Shown: positions 57,040 to 64,000 of the stretch, one piece after another
How positions within the stretch are numbered: the first letter of the stretch is position 1
Layout of the letters: every line of letters begins with the position of its first letter
Source: Octopus vulgaris
Lineage: Eukaryota
Length of the DNA stretch: 64,000 nucleotides
Direction: 5' to 3'
Assembly: GCA_951406725.2 (NCBI GenBank)
Contig: OX597825.1
Span: forward strand, 39,556,001 to 39,620,000
Made by a program: the position numbers and the translations under genes
Notes under the pieces: generated by a model
The model's input: the letters and a program-made list of their open reading frames with translations, nothing else
What the model was told of the DNA's origin: nothing
The model's database searches: none

Positions 57040-58837
57040 ATATATATATATATATATGTATGTATGTGTATTTTTTACCATATGTATGTGTTTCGTTTCC
57101 ATGCGTACAAGTAACACAGGAAACATTATAAATAGATACCAGGGTAGTAAGAAATTCATATAAGTACCAGGGATATAACAAACTTCTTATAATGTTAGAG
57201 ATTTCAAGGTTTAGTGAAATGTTGTTGTATTACATAGATAAATTGAAAAATGGATTTAAATGCAAGTTATATTTAAATCTTTATATTAGCGACATATGTT
57301 TCTAAGAAATCATTGGTATTATTCCGGAAATAATAAAATAATGTAAAACAATGCAATCTTCTAAGCAGTGGTAAAAAAGAGAAACAAAATGCATCGATAG
57401 GATATTTTAACCTAATGTTATTACTGTATATATGATGAAAGGAACGCTGGTAAGTCACTTTAAAAAAAATCGTTAAACGATATAATGTCAAAGGCAATTT
57501 ATAGAAAGAGAAGTAATAGGAAGAAAGAAAGTAGCAGTAAACTAGAAGTGGAGAAATATAGTGCGATATGTGATTAGGAATAAGGATTTAATAGCTTTTG
57601 AGTGATTACTAAAATAACTAATATATATTAAATAGATATATTTAGTGGAAATGAAATGCAAGAAGACTGTTAAAGGTCGAATGTTATAGACTGATAGAAA
57701 TTACTTATAGGAACTAAAGGTATGTTTTTTTCCAATGATTGCAACGGTACTCATGTTCTTTAAACGTATTTACAAGATGATTCTCTGAGAACAGGATGAA
57801 ATACAGTTCATCGTTACAGAGGAAGCAAAAAGATTCACCTTTATCATAAGGAATATTCCATTCCAAATCAAATTGTTTACTATGTTCCTTTTGAGACCAA
57901 ATTAATTTACTAAGCCCAGTATTGTTGCGCTTATATATATATATGTCTAAATGAAGAGTAATGGTTAGATATTATTTCGGACAACTGTGATGAAGAACTA
58001 AGTATATATAAAAAAACTAATAACGGCCGTACCGGAAGAAAATTTACATTGATAAACAGAATTTCTAGTCTTAGAATTACTACTAAGGAAACGAATGGAA
58101 TTGGAATTTATATCCAAAGTACTAATATTTTTGTTATTATTGTTCAAAGGAAGGTTAATGTTAATAATGTCAATGTTATTATTTTCATTAAGTGAATTTA
58201 CATTTAACAACTTATTGTTATGCGAAGATATGATTTCTAAAAGGTTTTTGGAATTTGAATAATCTATTCTGATTCGGTGTAGATTGATAATGGAATTCTA
58301 TCTTGAATCTTTTAGGAAATTCTTATCTATAGCTTCACGAAACTGATAAGGGAGATTGGAGTTAATCTGTTTAACATGTGGAATTATCAACGAAACTGTT
58401 TTGCTAAGACGTATCTTGTTAATAGAGGAATTATCTTTAAAAGTCCTAGATGTACTTTTATAACGAAAAAGGGTCTTAAAGAACAGTTATCTTCTTTTCG
58501 CTGCAAAATCACATTTCTCGATTTAGTGTTGTTATTCGAGCTAAAATGTAAATTTGTCTTAAACTTATGACTTGATTTCACGTCCCGATTAATAGAGGTA
58601 GAATTAATGTCAATAGAGTTAATATAGATAATTCTTTTCTTTATAGTCTGTTTTAAGTAAGGCAGCGTTACAAATTCTGCCTTTATCCTTTTAATAGCTT
58701 TTGAGTGATTACTAAAAGAGCTAATATATATTAAATTAGTTGAAGGTTTATGGTATGGGAAATATAAATCATTATGTAAGTCAAGGATAATATCCAAATA
58801 GTTGGCTTTAGTTATATCACCGAGGATAAAAATTTGC

Positions 58838-59171
58838 AAACGGTCTCCCTTTATCGAAAACCGGTGATTCCCGTACGCCGAAGACAGGCAAATACCTAGA
58901 AACTGCAGTCCGTGCGTATCACTTAGGTTGACGAGAGAGGGATGACCTCCCTTTGCAAGTACCATAAGGACACAGAAAGTGTGCATAAAGCCAGCTGGAG
59001 ACGATGATCTCCTGGGGCTAAAAGCTACAGTAACACCCACTCTTAGTGGTTAGCCATATTGAGATGGCTAGTATACTTTACGTAATAATATTGTTGTTAC
59101 TGATAAACATAGTAGTGCATGTACGTTCTAATATATTTATATACGTATATGACGCATGGTATATCCAATGT
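58838..59171 (+). repeat. Family B pLTR copy inserted in inverted orientation inside the RT
   Basis: Reverse complement of 60854-61186. Confidence 0.9.
58873..58915 (+). ncRNA. Type-I hammerhead motif with CCGAAGA core (family B)
   Basis: gtacg-CCGAAGA-c agg caaata cct a-GAAAC TGCA GTC-cgtgc. Confidence 0.65.
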
Positions 59172-60493
59172 TTAATATCCATGTTTCGGAAAAAAACCAA
59201 TCTGTATGTAACGATTTGTAATTTTTGGTTTGAAGCATTTTCAAGGTAGAGTAGATAATAATCAGGGTATATACCTCCATTGATGTTTGAGAATTGGTCA
59301 GCCATCCCATAAAGGATATATATTGACCAAATCAGCGACATGAAAACCGTCGGGCGTATATTTACGGATCCACAGCTTGTTATCAAATTTAATAATAGAT
59401 TTTCTAACATGACATTAATTTCAACCTTGATGAGACCTGCTTTGCTGTGTGCGAGCCAGATTGCCTAGTTGAAAACATTTAGGTTAATGTAGCAATAGTA
59501 ACTGGAAATGTCGAACAGGATAAACTTAGTACAATTCTTGTTATTAATAGCATTAAACCAGTCGACCACTTGGAATGAATTAGACCATAAATTAAGCTTT
59601 AACTTTTTTAACTAATGTAGGAATAAATTTATCTAGAATATTTTTGCTAAGTACACCGATACCAGAGCTGGGTTGAGTTATTAAAAAAAATTTGGTTGTG
59701 ATCTTTAAAAATAAAACGAGATTTTTTTAACGGTAAGTCATATTTCTCTATAATTTTCTTAGTTGGCATTCCTGATTGCACTTTTACCAGTAATCCTATA
59801 ATTCTTTTGTATTTCTTTTCTAAGCAATTCTAGGTAGTAATCCTTGAGAACCAGTATAAGTTTCCTGTTTTATCCGATTGAACCAGTATCCCATCTATGT
59901 TATGAATTTCTTGGTGATATTGTGAAGATACCTCAGCTGTTTATTCCTTAAGGGTGAACGTTGGAATTTCACATTCTTCTCGATGGAATTGTTTTTAGAT
60001 TTACACAATTTCATGAATTCGGAAGTTAGATCGTTCGAGAGTTCTTTAATGTCTTTATTGTCGAAGAAGAAAGCAAGCGATTAATATGGTTAATAAAGGC
60101 GTTTGTCTTACTAATGAGCTGCTTTAGGAAAACTTTCTTTGGGAGGAATGGGTTCATCCTTAAGAGATGCATTTATATCAAATAACTTCATGTGTTTACT
60201 ATTTTCTTTGCAGGTTATGAAATAATACCAATATTGTATTCTAAACATACATGGGAAGTATACAGATTTTAATAATACTTGTGTTTAACACCATATATAT
60301 ATATATATATATATAAATGGAAAAACAAATTTAGTTTGTTCGTCAACTTATGAAATTATAATGGATTATTTATTCAATGTACAAATGAGAATATCAAAAG
60401 TATACAAAATATTATATAAATCAATAGATAAGATAATAATACAAATACAGATTTTAAAATTCATATAATAAATTAATGAAATCCTAAAATTAT

Positions 60494-60628
60494 TTCTTAC
60501 AGCTGTTTCAGCCTATGGTCAAAAGTGAATCTAATTTTCGTTGCCTATAGATGTCAACATACTAAGGTTGTAGGCATTTAAAAATTTAATACTTATATGT
60601 TAAACGAACCATAGGCTTCGTCAGCGGT
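60494..60628 (-). ncRNA. Hammerhead motif with canonical CTGACGA core and long stem II loop
   Basis: Minus strand: CTGACGA-agcctatggtt...gaccataggct-GAAAC AGCT GTA; stem I not evident. Confidence 0.55.
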
Positions 60629-60853
60629 TATAATTAACTTTAAAAAATATTAATAATAATATTAATATACTAAATATGATGCACGTATTACTTAATATAT
60701 AAAAACAAACAATAAACAAATACCCAAATACACACACACACATATATATACATATAAAAATACATATATACATACACATACATACATAAGCAAAGCATAT
60801 ATACTATTCACAGGCACAAAGTACATTAATGAACACCATTAAACAATATATTA

Positions 60854-61400
60854 CATTGGATATACAATGCGTCATATACGTATATAAATATATTAGAACG
60901 TACATGCACTACTATGTTTATCAGTAACAACAATATTATTACGTAAAGTATACTAGCCATCTCAATATGGCTAACCACTAAGAGTGGGTGTTACTGTAGA
61001 TTTTAGCCCTAGGAGATCATCGTCTCCAGCTGGCTTTATGCACACTTTCTGTGCTCTTATGGTATTTGCAAAGGGAGGTCATCCCTCTCTCGTTAACCTA
61101 TGTGATACGCACGGACTGCAGTTTCTAGGTATTTGCCTGTCTTCGGCGTACGGGAATCACCGGTTTTCGATGAAGGGAGACCGTTTACTAATACTTATTT
61201 ATTGTTTTTCCAGTAACTTCCGCACTGATTTCGAAAAACTGTCTACAGTAACACGAGAGAGGGATAGCCTCCCTTTGCAAATACCATAAGGGCACAGAAA
61301 ATGTGTCTAAAGTGAGCTGTAGACGATGATCTTCTGGGGCTAAGAGCTACAGTAACACCCACCCTTAGTGGTTAGCCATATTGAGATGGCTAGTATACCT
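60854..61400 (-). repeat. Family B pLTR upstream of the Naiad ORF (HHR at 61109-61151, -) plus partial inverted copy at about 61253-61400
   Basis: Same sequence as 58838-59171; fold-back arrangement. Confidence 0.85.
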
Positions 61401-61856
61401 TAACAATATTATTGTATTAACAATAATCTTCAACAGGTCATACATACTATAGTAATGTCTACTAACATATCAAAAATTCACGATGCAAGATTCAATATAT
61501 ATATATTCATACAAATACATATATATATACATGCTCATACAAAATTCTATGCGTGTAAGCATATGCTGAGACAATCAGAATATAGTTCTCTATTTATACA
61601 TCCACGTAAAGCAAACAAATTCAATTTTAAAATCCAAAAGAGTAATTCCAAACTTTTTGTTAAAGCTGAATTTAACCCACAAACTTTATGCTTCTGTTTT
61701 ATGTATATTAAAGATTTTAATATATATTGGGGGTTAGGGAGCGGTCATTGTAAATCATAAGCTATTTCCAAATTGTTAATTCATTTGAACTTATCCGCTT
61801 GATCTGTTGTAAACAATAGGAGGTCTGATTATTAGTTAAATAAATCATATTACACT

Positions 61857-62251
61857 TACTCTCTTTTACTCTTTTACTTGTTTCAGTCATTTGACTGCGG
61901 CCATGCTGGAGCAACGTCTTTTAATCGAGTAAATCGACCCCAGGACTTATTCTTTGTAAGCCTAGTACTTATTCTATCAGTCTCTTTTGCTGAACCGCTA
62001 CGTTACGGGACGTAAACACACCAGCATCGGTTGTTAAGCAATGGTGGGGGGGGGACAAACACAGACACACAAACACAGACACACAAACATATACATACAT
62101 ATATATATACATATAAACGACGGGCTTCTTCCAGTTTCCATCTACCAAATCCACCCACAAGGATTTGGTCGGCCCGAGGCTATAGTAGGTACTGAACCCG
62201 GAACCATGTGGTTGGTAAGCAAGCTACTTACCACACCACCACTCCTGCGCC
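61857..62251 (-). mobile_element. SINE, same family as 53181-53602
   Basis: Reverse-complement similarity including the tail. Confidence 0.85.
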
Positions 62252-62670
62252 TATTAGTTTATCTAAACTAAATAAGAGACCATTCATTTCTTTGTTAAGA
62301 CTTGGATAGATATTTACATAAATAGACATTTATAACTCCAATCATACTTTATACCATCGAAATGCATATGTACTCACATACATAGCTATGCATACGTTAA
62401 CAAATATACATACGTTGCACACCGTAAACGTACATCCAATGAAGTACATATAAATATACGTATGCATCAATTCCGATATATACAAGCATACTTGCATCCA
62501 TGTGAATGTACATAATCTTGCATAACGTCAATAAATATATAAATATATATAAACACAGTCCCTCTTACAATCCAAATATACGGACACATGTACACTTTCA
62601 AACAAGGCAAAAGTACTTTTGGTTTCTCAGTGTGAAATGAAAGTAATTTTTTCCATACAAAGAATGAAAT

Positions 62671-63703
62671 TTAATCAATAATATATCTTCCATTTCGTTT
62701 GATGATATTTTGCCATCTTTCTGGTTACTTCATGATCCCCTGCTTATAGAACTTCTTGGCATTATCAGTCAAAATCTGAAGCAATTGCGATTTGAGGTTA
62801 TCATTTGTATTGAAAGTTTTAACATTCAAAGAATTTTGCAAGCTTCGAAATAAACGGTAATTTCGTGGCGCAATGTCAGGGCTATATGGTGAAAGTGACT
62901 TCCCAACCAAATTCCAATAATTTTTCACTAGTTAGCAGAGACGTGTGTAGTCTAACGTTGTTATGAAGGAACATGATTCATTTACGATTTGCCAATTCTC
63001 GCTGTTTTGCTGTTATTGCTTCCTCCGGGTTTATTTGTTGTTGACAGTAACTATCTGAAATGATCGCTTGGTTTCTTGGAAGCAGCTCATAATACACAAC
63101 TCCTTTGTAATCCCAATAAACTGACAACATGACCATTTCTTGATGCAATTCAGCTTTCGATGAGGTTTGTGCTAGTTCATTACGCTTGGACCATGATCGT
63201 TTTCGACTGATGTTATTGTAGACAATCCAGATCTCATCACCAGTGATGATTCGTTAAAAAAAAGGTCGACTTCATTCCGTTTGAGATGCATATCACAAAT
63301 ATTGATTTGTTCTGTTAATTTAATCTATTTCAATTGATGTCGAACCCAAATATCTTGCTTCAGAATGAGCCCAAGATATTTTAAGTGATTTTCGGTGATT
63401 TTCAGTTGCTACATGTGATATATTTCATCTCTCTGCAATCTCTTGGAGAGTTATATGACAGTAAGCTTCACTTATGGCTTTGATTCGGCTATCAACAACC
63501 TCAGTAGGTCGGCCAGTACGCTGGTCAACTTTGATTGAAAAATCCCCAGAAGGGAATTTTTAAAACCATTTCTGATATGTGCGTTCTGTTAAGCAATCAA
63601 TACCATAATCTTCACATATCTCTTTGAGCTTCAGCAGCTTTCTTGCCTTTACCGAAATAAAAAAAAGCAAAATATGGAGAAAATATTCGATTTTACAGTC
63701 CAT
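62671..63703 (-). pseudogene. Decayed mariner transposase
   Basis: Minus pieces MDCKIEYFLHILLF, ITGDEIWIVY, FLHNN, PYSPDIAP...LFRSLQNSL, NGRYIID*. Confidence 0.88.
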
Positions 63704-63895
63704 ATTAAAATTGCCACTTAACTAACTGCTGTCAACCAAATTACGCGTAATTTGCTTTTTTAGTAACATAAAAGTAACAGCTGTCAAATGTTAAAAAGAA
63801 AAAAAATCATAACATTGGTAAAAATCAACAGAATAACTCGTAATTATATTGTTGGAAAAACTAAATTACTGTCTTGCCAAATCTGTAGATATATA

Positions 63896-64000
63896 CAGGA
63901 TTGGCCAAAAGTCGTCCGACAGTAAGTCAAAATTCCCTAAATACATATCTGTAATTATGTATTGACTCGAATGGAAAAATATGTCGCTCAAGAAGGACTT
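63896..64000 (+). mobile_element. Possible start of a Tc1/mariner-type element
   Basis: TA-CAGGATTGGCCAAAAGTC looks like a TIR start; any partner lies outside the window. Confidence 0.3.

Larger units (their letters stand above)
57700..60191 (-). pseudogene. Near full-length decayed Penelope-like element ORF, Naiad-type (RT plus C-terminal GIY-YIG)
   Basis: Minus pieces PIPPKKVFLKQLISK, QSDKTGNLY, WSNSFQVVDWF...KFILFDISSYY, GGIYPDY (from GLYRDD), NYLDIILDL...PYHKP...SNH, VYQCK...NHYSSFRH...LSKLIW...CFLCNDE...RCNH. Confidence 0.85.

Noticed and set aside
57700-57900. Selenoprotein-type Naiad
   Set aside because: The visible C-terminal Cys positions (CFLC, RCNH) use Cys codons rather than TGA, and no SECIS was recognised
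58990-59080. H/ACA snoRNA reading of the conserved domain (ACAGTA as H box)
   Set aside because: Family A has ACAGCT, which is not ANANNA, and there is no terminal ACA box

Overview
AT-rich, microsatellite-dense eukaryotic non-coding DNA with one 100-N gap. The SINE repertoire suggests an octopus/cephalopod genome (inference). No intact host gene is recognisable, and nearly all listed ORFs are microsatellite artefacts or transposon debris. The window holds decayed mobile elements: two mariners, an internally deleted Gypsy, a solo LTR, Tx1-like LINEs, Dong/R4-like LINEs in (TAA)n, a HERO fragment, a Helitron/HINE-like element, many tRNA-SINEs, and Penelope-like elements (a near full-length Naiad-type and a Neptune-type fragment). 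Three observations stand out. (1) About 12 minimal type-I hammerhead ribozyme (HHR) motifs from about 8 unrelated repeat families, including a 361-nt tandem/fold-back retrozyme-like array. (2) An apparently covarying multi-hairpin domain downstream of the HHR, shared by diverged families. (3) Two Tx1-like elements inserted in tandem at the same motif inside the terminal inverted repeat (TIR) of a Tigger/pogo-like MITE. All calls were made by eye, with no database search or folding run.
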